Assembly (NCBI RefSeq): GCF_018977255.1
Contig: NW_024704743.1
Location: forward strand, 28,522,001-28,586,000
DNA length: 64,000 bases
Reading direction: 5' to 3'
From: Callorhinchus milii
Lineage: Eukaryota
The notes under the pieces were generated by a model, which searched no databases, had not been told where the DNA came from, and saw only the letters and a program-made list of their open reading frames with translations. A program made the translations under genes and the position numbers. Shown here piece by piece: positions 52,526 to 63,774 of this stretch (position 1 is the stretch's first letter; the number at the start of each line of letters is the position of its first letter).

Positions 52526-52810
52526 CTTACACTATTTACTTCCTGGTTAAATTAGAAATCACATGAGCACAACATTTAACTTTCACTTTGTACAATGGAT
52601 TTCCTGGGCCGTACCATGGCTCTGATCTCTCAGAAATATTCAAATAAGGCCAATCAGATCTGCCATCGTCAATTCCCCTTTGGCCAGGAATTTAAAAAAG
52701 AACCTTAAAACAACTCCCAATTTTCTGTATGAATAAGTGACGTGAACTTGTGGGCAAAACACCCAAACCTTTTTGCACTTCCTCGGGAGGACAATTCACT
52801 TTTCTGATGG
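52526..52810 (-). promoter_or_regulatory. Candidate RIPK1 promoter/enhancer motif cluster
   Basis: ETS ACTTCC, IRF-E ACTTTCACTTT (52579-52589), kB-like GGATTTCC and AATTCCCC, CCAAT, TGACGT; gtaag donor on - at 52530. Confidence 0.4.
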
Positions 52811-52908
52811 CTGACAATGTTTGGAATAATCCTGGCAAAGAACCCGACCCCTTGCCCCACAGCCCCCACCTCTCACACCCTCTGCACAACCCGCACATTC
52901 CCCCAAAC

Positions 52909-54380
52909 CAGCCCAGCTCCAGCCCAGCTCAGACTCAGCTCAGCCCCAGTTCAGCCCCAGCCTTAGTTCAGCCCCAGCCCAGCTCAGGCCCAGCGCCAGC
53001 TCAGCTCAGCTCAGCCCAGCTCAGCCCAGCCCCAGCCCTAGCCCAGCTCAGCCCCAGCCCAGCTCAGCCCCAGCCTAGCTCAGCCCAGCCCCAGCCCAAC
53101 TCAGCCCAGCCCAGCCCCAGCCCTAGCCCAGCTCAGCCCAGCCCCAGCTCAGCCAAGCCCCAGCTCAGCCCAGCTCAGCCCCAGCCCAGCTCAGCTCAGC
53201 CCAGCTCAGCCCCAACTCAGCCCAGCCCCAGCCCAGCTCAGCACAGCTCAGCCCAGCCCCAGCTCAGCCAAGCCCCAGCTCAGCCCAGCCCAGCTCAGCT
53301 CAGCCCCAGCCCAGCTCAGCTCAGCCCAGCTCAGCCCCAGCTCAGCCCAGCCCCAGCCCAGCTCAGCCCAGCCCCAGCCCAGCTCAGCCCCAGCCCCAGT
53401 CCAGCCCCAGCTCAGCCAAGCCCCAGCTCAGCCCCAGCCCAGCCCCAGCCCAGCTCAGCCCAGCCCAGCCCCAGCTCAGCCCCAGCCCAGCCCCAGCTCA
53501 GCTCAGCCCAGCTCAGCCCCAGCCCAGCTCAGCACAGCTCAGCCCCAGCTCAGCCCCAGCCTAGCCCCAACTCAGCTCAGCCCAGCCCAGCCCCAGCTCA
53601 GCTCAGCCCAGCCCAGCTCAGCTCAGCTCAGCTCAGCTCAGCTCAGCTCAGGCCAGCCCAGCTCAGCCCAGCCCAGCCCAGCCCCAGCCCAGCTCAGCTC
53701 AGCCCAGGTCAGCCCCAGCCCAGCTCAGCCCAGCTCAGCCCCAGCCTAGCCCAGCTCAGCCCCAGCCCAGCTCAGCCCCAGCCCAGCCCCAGCCCCAGCT
53801 CAGCTCAGCCCAGCCCCAGCTTAGCCCAGCCCCAGCCCAGCCCCAGCTTAGCCCAGCCCAGCTCAGCCCTGCCCCAGCCCAGCCCAGCCCCAGCCCCAGC
53901 TCAGCTCAGCCCAGGTCAGCCCCAGCCCAGCTCAGCCCAGCTCAGCCCCAGCCTAGCCCAGCTCAGCCCCAGCCCAGCTCAGCCCAGCCCCAGCTCAGCC
54001 CAGCCCAGCCCAGCCCAGCCCAGCCCCAGCTTAGCCAAGCCCCAGCCCAGCCCCAGCTTAGCCCAGCCCAGCTCAGCCCTGCCCAGCCCAGCCCAGCCCC
54101 AGCTCAGCCCCAGCTCAGCTCAGCCCCAGCCCAGCTCAGCCCAGCTCAGCCCCAGCCCAGCTCAGCCCCAGCCCAGCTCAGCCCCAGCCCAGCTCAGCCC
54201 ACAGCCCAGCTCAGCCCCAGCTCAGCCCAGCCCAGCCCCAGCCCAGCTCAGCCCCAGCTCAGCCCCAGCTCAGCCCAGCCCCAGCCCAGCCCAGCACAGC
54301 ATAGCATAGCCCAGCTCAGACCAGCTCAGCCCCAGCTCAGCTCAGCCCCAGCCCAGCTCAGCCCCAGCCCAGCTCAGCTC
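52909..54380 (-). repeat. Degenerate penta/hexamer tandem repeat (GAGCT/GGGCT/GGGGCT)n, switch-region-like
   Basis: ~1.47 kb of CAGCT/CAGCC/CAGCCC units on +. Confidence 0.95.
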
Positions 54381-54530
54381 ACCATGGCGGGGGCTGCAAA
54401 GAACAAGCCCCTGGTTGAGCCCCCGAAGGGTTGCAGTTTCTGACCAGATTCCCCCCCGGGTTTCCTGCCCTGTTTCCTACCCACAGATGTGTGTCGGAGG
54501 CCGCGCTGCTCCCAAACATCTACAGTGTCA
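54378..54530 (-). other. Candidate RIPK1 first exon/promoter ending in gccATG|GTGAG
   Basis: GC-rich; kB-like GATTCCCC and GGGTTTCC; Kozak ATG at 54385-54383 followed directly by a donor. Confidence 0.45.
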
Positions 54531-54540
54531 AAAAAAAACC

Positions 54541-56092
54541 TCTGTCTGTGTGTGTGTGTGTGTGTCTGTGTGTGTCTCTGTGTGTGTGTGTGTGTCTCTG
54601 TGTGTGTGTGTCTCTGTGTGTGTGTCTCTGTGTGTGTGTCTCTGTGTGTGTGTGTGTCTCTGTGTGTGTGTCTGTGTGTGTGTGTGTGTTTGTCTCTGTG
54701 TGTGTCTGTGTGTGTGTGTCTGTGTGTGTGTGTGTCTCTGTGTGTGTGTGTGTCTCTGTGTGTGTCTCTGTGTGTGTGTGTCTCTGTGTGTCTGTGTGTG
54801 TGTGTCTCTGTGTGTGTGTGTGTGTGTCTCTGTGTCTGTGTGTGTGTGTGTCTCTGTGTGTGTGTCTCTGTGTGTGTGTTGTCTCTGTGTGTGTGTCTGT
54901 GTGTGTGTGTGTGTCTCTGTGTGTGTGTGTGTCTCTGTGTGTGTCTCTGTGTGTGTGTGTGTCTCTGTGTGTGTGTGTGTGTGTGTGTCTCTGTGTGTGT
55001 GTGTGTGTGTCTCTGTGTGTTTGTGTGTGTGTCTCTGTGTGTGTGTCTGTGTGTGTCTCTGTGTCTGTGTGTCTCTGTGTGTGTGTCTGTGTGTCTCTGT
55101 GTGTGTGTGTGTGTGTCTCTGTGTCTGTGTGTGTGTGTCTCTGTGTGTCTCTGTGTGTGTGTCTGTGTGTGTGTGTTTGTCTCTGTGTGTGTGTCTGTGT
55201 GTGTGTGTCTCTGTGTGTGTGTCTGTGTGTGTGTGTCTCTGTGTGTGTGTCTGTGTGTGTGTGTGTGTCTCTGTGTGTGTGTGTGTGTGTCTCTGTGTGT
55301 GTGTCTGTGTGTGTGTGTGTGTCTGTGTGTGTGTGTGTGTCTCTGTGTGTGTGTGTGTCTCTGTGTGTGTGTGTGTGTGTGTCTCTGTGTGTGTGTGTGT
55401 TTGTGTGTGTGTCTCTGTGTGTGTGTCTGTGTGTGTCTCTGTGTCTGTGTGTCTCTGTGTGTGTGTCTGTGTGTGTGTGTGTCTCTGTGTGTGTGTCTGT
55501 GTGTGTGTGTCTCTGTGTGTGTGTCTGTGTGTGTGTGTGTGTCTCTGTGTGTGTGTGTGTGTTTGTCTCTGTGTGTGTGTGTGTCTCTGTGTGTGTGTGT
55601 GTGTGTCTCTGTGTGTGTGTGTTTGTGTGTGTGTCTCTGTGTGTGTGTCTGTGTGTGTCTCTGTGTCTGTGTGTCTCTGTGTGTGTGTCTGTGTGTGTGT
55701 GTGTCTCTGTGTGTGTGTCTGTGTGTGTGTGTCTCTGTGTGTCTCTGTCTGTGTGTGTGTGTCTGTGTGTCTCTGTGTGTCTGTGTGTCTCTGTGTGTGT
55801 GTCTCTGTGTGTCTGCGTGTCTCTGTGTGTGTGTGTGTCTCTGTGTGTCTGTGTGTCTCTGTGTGTGTGTCTGTGTGTCTCTGTGTCTGTGTGTCTCTGT
55901 GTGTGTCTGTGTGTCTGTATGTATGTGTCTGTCTGTGTGTGTGTCTGTGTGAGTGTGTGTCTGTGTCTCTGTGTGTGTGTGTGTGTCTGTGTGTGTCTGT
56001 GTGTGTGTGTGTGTGCGTCTGTGTCTCTGTGTGTGTGTTTGTCTGTCTGTGTGTGTGTGTCTGTCTATCTGTGTCTGTGTCTGTGTGTGTCT
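54541..56092. repeat. Compound (TG)n/TCTG/TCTCTG microsatellite
   Basis: Direct inspection. Confidence 0.97.
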
Positions 56093-56422
56093 GACATACC
56101 TGCGCGGAGTGTCCGGGAGGAGAGGCGCGTCACATTGTATCCCCAACTCCGTACAATGTGTCGCCTCCTCACTCTGTTGCCTTCCGCGGCTCCCAGTCCC
56201 GCCTGGTGACCCCTCACCCCACCCATATGACAAGGGATCTCAGGTCACGCCAGCAAACACCGGCCTCCCCACAGCCTCCCCACAGCCTCCAGCAGAGCAA
56301 AGGTGGCTCTCTGTGACCTGCTTTCTTTTTCTGGTGATCGTCTTTTGCTTCCTTAGTAACCGTGAACGCGTGTCAACATATGCCACATAACAACAACAAC
56401 AACAACAACAACCACCACAACA

Positions 56423-56751
56423 ATAATAATAATAATAATCCTTGCATTTGATATAGCGCTTTTCACGTCGGGAGGACGTCCCAAAGCGCTTCACAGAATA
56501 TACTGTAAAGTGAATTGACTGTATATTTGTGGGCGAACGCGGCAGCCAATTGCGCACAGCAGTGTCCCACAAACAGTCGTAGATTGAAAATGACCAATTT
56601 ATTATTGTTTTGGTCTTGGAGGGATTATTATTAGGAGTGTGGAGTAAGGAAACTTGCCCAAGGTTTCGCCCTGACCTGCCTGGAATTGAACTCAGGTTCA
56701 AGCGAGACGCTTGCAAAGCGAGTGCTCTAACCACTGAGCTACAGGACTCCA
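56423..56751 (-). mobile_element. tRNA-Ala SINE
   Basis: Family similarity. Confidence 0.9.
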
Positions 56752-56759
56752 CAGTCCTG

Positions 56760-57550
56760 TAACAACCACCGCCACCGCCGCAAATTACACTCGAGCTGCA
56801 CATTTTACATCAGGAGGACATCGCACAAAGGCGCTGGGCAGTCGGGTAGTCGGGGGTCTGCACCCGAGCTGGTGGTTGGGTTCAGGAGACGTGGAGGGTG
56901 CGGGAGGGTAGGGGGAGGGTGACCGATGGCACGGTCGAAGGGGAGGGTCTTAAGATGGGTCTTTAAGGAAACAAGGGAGGTGGCGAGGCGGATGGACTGT
57001 GGGATGGAGTTCCAGAGGGTGGGGGCAGGCTGACCGAAGGCCCGCTCACCAATGGTGGGGCGGGTGAGGCGGAGGACGCGAAACAGGCCAGAGGCTGCTG
57101 AGCGGTTGGAGCGGGACAGGTTGGTAGTGGGTTAGGAGGTCACAGAGGTAGGGGAGAGTAAGGCCATGGAGGGCTTTAAAGGTGAGCACCAGGATCTTGA
57201 ACCTTATCCTCTGAGTGATGGGAAGCCAATGGAGCCAGACAAGGATGGGCTGATAGGGTCGCTGCGTCTGGTGCGGGAGAGGACATGGGGTGGAGGGAGG
57301 AGTTGGGGAGGCCGACAAACAAGGAGTTTGCATAGTCGAGCTTGTATGTGATGAATGCGTGGATGAGGTTCTCGGTGGCCTGCGGTGAGAGACCGGGCAA
57401 TCTTGTGGAGGTGGGGAAAGACGGAGCAGGACATTGCACGGATGTGGGGGAATGAAAGACAGGTGGGGGTCGAACAGGGTGCCGAGGTTCCGGATTGGCT
57501 TTGTGAAGTGTAGAGTGCATCCATTGAGGGAGATTTCAAAAGCTGGCATG
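56760..57550 (-). mobile_element. L2 3' fragment
   Basis: IRNLG, LHWLPI, FKILVLTFKALHG. Confidence 0.85.
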
Positions 57551-57980
57551 GTTGAAATGAGTCTTTGCAACTGTGACAAGTCCACAACACCTCTTTATTA
57601 TAATAATAATCCTTGCATTTGATATAAGCACCTTATTGTCTCAAAGCGCCTCACAGGATGTACTGTAAAGTGGATTGACAGTTTATTTTGTGGTGATACC
57701 CTGCAGCCAGTTGCATACAGCAATGTCTCACAAAAAGCCATGAAGAAAATGACCAATATTATTTGGGGGATTGTTGTCCATGACACCAGGAGAAACTGCT
57801 TTCTCTTTGCGAATAGTGCAATAGGATCTTTTACGTCCACCTGAACAGTCAGATAGGACCTCTTTCACTTGTATAAGTGCCACTCACGTAAGAGATTGTC
57901 TCCAAGCACTTTCTGTAGGTGGTCTGTGATTTCCTGCAGCTCTACTCCACTGCCCTATCCCTCCCTTCTGCCAACTGCCA

Positions 57981-59207
57981 ATAATAATCCCTCCAAAAAA
58001 AAAACAATAATAAATTGGTCATTTTAAATCTACGACTGTTTGTGGGACATTGCTGTGTGCAATTGGCTACCGCGTTCGCCCACAAATATACCATCAATTC
58101 ACTTACAGTGTGTTCTGTGAAGCGCTTTGGGACGTCCTCCCGACGTGAAAAGCGCTATATCAAATGCAAGGATTATTATTATTATTATTATTAACTGAGG
58201 CCTGCTTCATGTTCTCTGATTCACCATAGGCTGGTGAGCTTTCAGACACTTTTTTTTACACTTTCTAGGATTTTGTGGAGTCCTGCAGATTAACAGTTAA
58301 AGCGCTCGCCGAGCAAGCAAGAGGACCTGAGTTCGATTCCCAGGCAGGGCGAAACGTTGGCCAAAAAAAAAATGCAGTCAATTCACAGTATATTCTGTGA
58401 AGTGCCTTTAGACATCTCGAAGGCACGGTAAGGCACTATATCAAATGCAAGGATTATTATTAATTGTTTCTCCCTCGGCATCAAACCCCTGCTCACAGCT
58501 TCAAAACCAATCTAAAATCTCTTTAGCTGCGCTTTTAGCCAACTCCCCACCAGCTTGGGTACCCGTTCCATATGGCAGAAATTCCATTAGACAAACAATC
58601 CTGAAGTAATAATAATCCTTGCATTTGATATTGTGCCTTTCACATGAGGAAGACATCTCAAAACGCTTCACATAGCTTACTGTAAAGACTGTATCTTGTA
58701 GGTGGTCGCAGCAGCCAATTTGCACACAACAATGTGCTACAAACAGCAATGATGTTTTTTGGAGGGAGTTGTTGGCTAGGACACCAGGAGAAAATCCTAA
58801 ATCGTGTCATGAGATCTTTAACTCTTGGAGTCCAAGACCCTATTGGATCTTAGTTCTTGGATCCTTTAACGTATTGGTTAGAGCACTCGCCTTGCAAGTG
58901 AGGTTCGATTTCCAGGTGGGGTGAAATATTAGGCAAGTTTCTTTACTCCACATTGCTCTGGTTACTTAGAAGTATGTAGGAATTCATTTGTTAGTCAATT
59001 GTCGGATTGCTTTTCTGGTGGTAATAATCCCTTAAAAAAAAAATAAGTTGGTCACGCTGTTTGTGGGACACTGCTGTATGCAATTGGTTTCCACGTTTCA
59101 CCCAAAAACATGCAGTCAATTCATTTTATAATATATTCTGTGAAGTACTTTGAAACATCTCAAAGACTTGATAAGACACTGTATCAAATGCAAGGATTAT
59201 TATTATT
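57981..59207. mobile_element. Cluster of SINE copies and fragments
   Basis: 57981-58192 (+), 58276-58462 (+), ~58605-58820 (-), 58875-59207 (+). Confidence 0.8.
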
Positions 59208-60353
59208 TAACATCCTCTGAACAAGCAGAGAGGATCTCAGTTTAATGCCTGAGTCGAAGGATGGCAGCTCATATATTTTACTGGAGGAAGTTCTTCTCGC
59301 TTTAGAAAATCACACCACCAAAGGCTAAACTCCTAGACCCGGATGAGTGGAGACAGTAAAGGAGTTCGGACAAGGTCAGTTAGGTGCCATTGGCAGCATT
59401 GCCCAACATTGGCAAAGAAGGAATTGCTCCGCTAATTGGCGAACAGATAGAGCAATGGATTTCCACGTTCTAACCCCTTTGAATCCTTCAGCATAGAAGG
59501 AGGCCATTCAGCCCATCATGTCTGAGATGGCTCTTTGAAAGAGCTATTCAATTAGTCCCATTCCCCTGCTCTTTCTCCATAGGCTTGCAATTTTTTTTAT
59601 TTTGAATTATATATCCAATTCCATTTTGAAAGTTATTATTGAATCTGGTTCCACCACCCTTGTCAGATAGTTCATGCCAAATCGTAACACTTGCTGCACA
59701 AAAAAATTCTCCTCATCTTCCCTCTGTTTCTTTTGGCAATTATCTTAAATCTGATTACTGACCCACTCATCAATGAGTTTCTCCTTATTTACCCCCAAAA
59801 CAAACAGTCAATTAATTTTATAATATATTCTGTGAAGCACTTCGAAACATCTCAAAGACTCAATAAGACGCAGTTTCTCCTTATTTAGTCTATCGAAAAC
59901 CCCGTAAAATATTGAACACATCTGTTAAACCATTCCTTAACCGTCTCTGCTCTGAGAACAACAATCCTTGCTTCTCCAGTTTGCATCATGATCGCGCACA
60001 TTGCACCATAAAGGTTTCTTAAACGAACATCCTGTTTCAGTGTTTGAATACTTAAAATATTGTGATGATTTGAGTCAACACAACTGAGCCAGGCTGACAC
60101 AACAGGAAGCCTTTCACAATGCGGAACATCTCGGAGCACTTTGCAAAGACTGAGCCCCTCTGTTCGCAACACCAAGATGTGGGGTTTGAGTTGGTTACTC
60201 TCCAGCATCACTCCCACATCACTCACTCTGAGGTCCACCCCCCTCCAACCTCAGCTCTTGCTGAGCTGCAAACCTGCCCTGTACTTTGTGGGATTGTATA
60301 AACAGCGATTGCTCCTCTGGGGGGAAGAGTGCACATTGCGTTTCACATTCACA

Positions 60354-60394
60354 GGGACTTTCCTACCTTTAACCCTTTAACGATGGGAATCCCC
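60354..60394. promoter_or_regulatory. Paired NF-kB sites GGGACTTTCC and GGGAATCCCC
   Basis: Identical inverted copy of 11267-11307. Confidence 0.65.
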
Positions 60395-60454
60395 GGAACA
60401 GGAGTCGGAATAACCGAAAGATGACGAGTTCCTCCTGTACCGTTATCAGCTTCT

Positions 60455-60744
60455 GCCCATCACTCACCTGATGCCCATCACTCACCTGATGCCCATCACT
60501 CATCTGATGCCCATCACTCACCTGATGCCCATCACTCACCTGATGCCCATCACTCACCTGATGCCCATCACTCACCTGATGCCCATCACTCACCTGATGC
60601 CCATCACTCACCTGATGCCCATCACTCACCTGATGCCCATCACTCATCTGATGCCCATCACTCACCTGATGCCCATCACTCACCTGATGCCCATCACTCA
60701 CCTGATGCCCATCACTCATCTGATGCCCATCACTCACCTGATGC
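60455..60744 (-). repeat. 18-bp minisatellite x16 (GGGCATCAGGTGAGTGAT on -)
   Basis: 13 units carry GTGAGT and 3 carry ATGAGT. Confidence 0.95.
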
Positions 60745-60971
60745 TCGGGCCCAGAGGCAGCAAAGGGCAGAGGAGACGAGTGAAAACTCACACCATCGAT
60801 GTGGTGTCTGTCCACCGGTGCCAACAGCTCACAAGTGAACAGCGGCTCCTCCTCCCTGTGCTGTGCTCAGTGCAGCAGCGACAGCCCCAACATCAGCTCT
60901 GAGCTCTCCCACAGCAGCAGCTGCGGTTGGACCATAAGCGTCTGAGTGCAGCGCAGAGTGACCCTGAGGGC

Positions 60972-61428
60972 TGTGTGTGTGTGTCTGTGTGTGTGTGTGT
61001 CTGTGTGTGTGTGTGTCTGTGTGTGTCTGTGTGTGTGTCTCTGTGTCTGTGTGTGTGTCTCTGTGTCTGTGTGTGTGTCTCTGTGTATGTGTCTGTGTGT
61101 GTGTGTCTCTGTGTGTGTCTGTGTGTGTGTGTGTGTGTCTCTCTGTGTGTATGTGTCTCTGTGTGTGTATGTGTCTCTGTGTGTGTATGTGTCTCTGTGT
61201 GTGTGTGTGTCTCTGTGTGTGTCTGTGTGTGTGTCTGTGTGTGTGTCTCTGTCTCTGTGTGTGTCTGTGTGTGTGTGTGTCTCTCTGTATGTGTGTGTCT
61301 CTGTGTGTGGGTGTGTGTCTGTGTGGGTGTGTGTCTCTGTGTCTGTGTGTCTGTGTTTGTGTCTGTGTGTGGGTCTGTGTGTCTGTGTGTATCTGTGTGT
61401 GTCTGTCTGTCTGTCTGTGTGTGTGTGT
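60972..61428. repeat. Compound (TG)n/TCTG microsatellite (paralog of 10229-11195)
   Basis: Direct inspection; same flank as in the left arm. Confidence 0.97.
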
Positions 61429-61820
61429 GGCTCAGAGTCTGGTCTCTCAGACAGTCTGTGCCTTTACAGACAGTGCTGCTCTGTGGCTGCACCAGACGCC
61501 CCCACACCCGCTGCTGTGTGTCCCTGCAGCCCGCAGGCAGCCCCGGCTCTCTCCGCTTTCTGCAGCTTCAAAAAATATATATATATATAAGGCTGTAAAA
61601 CACACCCAAAATACCGTCCTGTTCTTTTCAGTTTACCTCGAATCGCGAAGCCGTCTGACGCTTCCAAACAAAGGAAAATCGCATTAAATCCGCTTAACAA
61701 CAATAAAAAATCCAAACCCAAATTACTTGAATCTGAGATCCTTTTCGAGAATAGAAAGTCGTTGGCAGTGGGTATGTGAGTGAGTCAGTGAGATACTTTT
61801 TGCCTTTTGGCTCACTTTAA

Positions 61821-61838
61821 AGTTTCGTTTTCGGTTTT
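61821..61838 (-). promoter_or_regulatory. ISRE AGTTTCGTTTTCGGTTTT (AP-1 TGAGTCA at 61781-61787)
   Basis: Matches the AGTTTCNNTTTC consensus. Confidence 0.65.
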
Positions 61839-62353
61839 AAAGGGGTTGGACTTGAACCTCTGGTTAAGTCCCAGTGAAAGTATTAGTTGGTGCTGCAGAT
61901 GTTCAAAATCCACAGCAGGTTTGGATCAACACCAGATGTGATTCTGCCTCTTGTTGGGTTACACACTGGTATGTGAGGCTTCACTGGGTACCAAGGGACA
62001 ACCCATTGCCACATTTAACGTTATCCAAACCAGACTAAGAGTTTCACATGTCAACTACACATGGGAATGTCCCTTGTCTGGAATTGTGGATTACAGGAAT
62101 TCCTTGTTAAAACAAGATCCAATAACTATCATTTGCAAAGAGATGAGAGCTTTTGGGCTAACAATCCCCCAGATGAAGTCATTACCATCCTGGCTGTTTT
62201 TGACTGTCATGTTTGACTCCAAATACAGAGCGAAGAGCTATTGACATCAAAGGTAATACAGGGCAAACCTGCTATGATACAGTCGCCAGTGTCCAATAAT
62301 TATAATAATCCTTGTATTTGATATCGCGCCTTATCACGTTGTTAGATGGTTCG

Positions 62354-62676
62354 TGGAGTCCTGTAGCTCAGTGGTTAGAGCACTCGCTTTGCAAGCAAGA
62401 GACCTGAGTTCAATTCCAGGCAGGGCGAAACCTTGGGCAAGTTTCCTTACTCCACACAGAGCCTAATAATAATCCCTCCAAAACCAAAAACAATAATAAA
62501 TTGGTCATTTTCAATCTACGACTGTTTGTGGGACATTGCTGTGCGCAATTGGCTGCCGCGTTCGCCCACAAATATACAGTCAATTCACTTTACAGTGTGT
62601 TCTGTGAAGCACTTTGGGCCGTCCTCCCGACGTGAAAAGCGCTATATCAAATGCAAGGATTATTATTATTATTATT
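62354..62676 (+). mobile_element. tRNA-Ala SINE
   Basis: Family similarity. Confidence 0.9.
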
Positions 62677-63044
62677 TAGATGTCACAAATTCTTCACAGG
62701 ATACATTGTAAATTGGATTGACTGTGTTTTGTTGGCGAAACGTGACAGTCAATTTGCGCATAGCAATGTCTCATTGGTTCAGTGACAAATATCTCAGCTG
62801 TGTGTTATAAGCCTCTGTGAAAATGGGGACTTCCTCTGCAAAGTGATGCCAGTAATGCCTACACATAGCTTTCAGGAAGTGATGTTAGTGGTATCTTGAT
62901 GACCCAGAAGTCAACCTTTTTAGCATGGGAAGCTAGCTGGTTAGTGTCAGTTTTAATGCACTTAGTGCATGAGTATTCACAATGGATAATAATAATAATC
63001 CTTGCATTTGATATAGCGGCTTTTACATCAGAAAGACGTCTCAA

Positions 63045-63680
63045 AGCGAGGATGGGGGTGATAGGGTCACAGAGCCCGATGCGGGAGAGGACACGGGCTG
63101 CAGAGTTCTGGATGATCTGCAACCTGTGGAGGGAGGAGTTGGGGAGGCCGACAAGTAACGAGTTTACATAGTCAAGTCTCGATGCAATGAGTGCATGCAT
63201 GAGAGTTTCGGCGGCCTGTGGTGTGAGACAGTGGCGGAGCCGGGCGATGTTGCGGTGGTGGGGTAAGGCAGAACAGGTCATGGTATGGATGTGGGGTAGA
63301 AAGGATAGTTGAGGGTTAAACAAGTTGCCAAGGTTCCAGATAGCAGTGGTCCTGGAGTCAAGGGTGGAGGCAGAGAGATACAGTTGGGTGTCATCTGCAT
63401 ACATGTGGAAGTTGACCTTATGTCTGCGGATGATGTCACCAAGAGGGAGCATATAGGTATTGAAGAGGAGGGGAACAAGGACAGAGTCCTCAGGAGTGCC
63501 GCACGAGACGGTGCAGGGGCTAGAGGAGAAACCATTAGTGGAGATAAAGTGGAGGCATTGTGAGAGGTACGATCTGAACCAGCCGAGGACAGGGACTGGT
63601 GTCAAAGGCAGCAGAGAGGTCAAGGAGGATGAGGAGGCAGAGAGAACCCTGGGATTGTCCTTGGCCTCCAAGAACACCCT
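63045..63680 (-). mobile_element. L2 fragment with internal deletions
   Basis: [13 protein letters not shown]. Confidence 0.85.
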
Positions 63681-63774
63681 CATTTCTTAAATTCAGTAAA
63701 AAAATTGTTGACAATCATCTTCCCAATAGGTTTTCAGCTGTTTTGGGGTATTCATAAATCATAATACCAAATAC

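Larger units (their letters stand above)
60142..61970 (-). repeat. Right arm of long inverted duplication (partner 9390-11517)
   Basis: Same unique sequence inverted; additionally holds 60455-60970, which the left arm lacks. Confidence 0.93.

Noticed and set aside
52750..54309. 519-aa Pro/Ser/Gln/Ala-rich ORF
   Set aside because: Translation of the pentamer satellite; GTG start, stop-poor composition, unit lengths not codon-phased
54384..54443. + strand Kozak accATGG ORF ([19 protein letters not shown])
   Set aside because: Only 19 codons with no downstream exons identified; the - strand ATG|GTGAG reading fits better
60455..60744. CRISPR-like array
   Set aside because: Head-to-tail repeats without unique spacers; eukaryotic context
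60369..60902. HQVSDG / MPITHL repeat proteins
   Set aside because: Products of the 18-bp minisatellite; no recognisable domain or coding support
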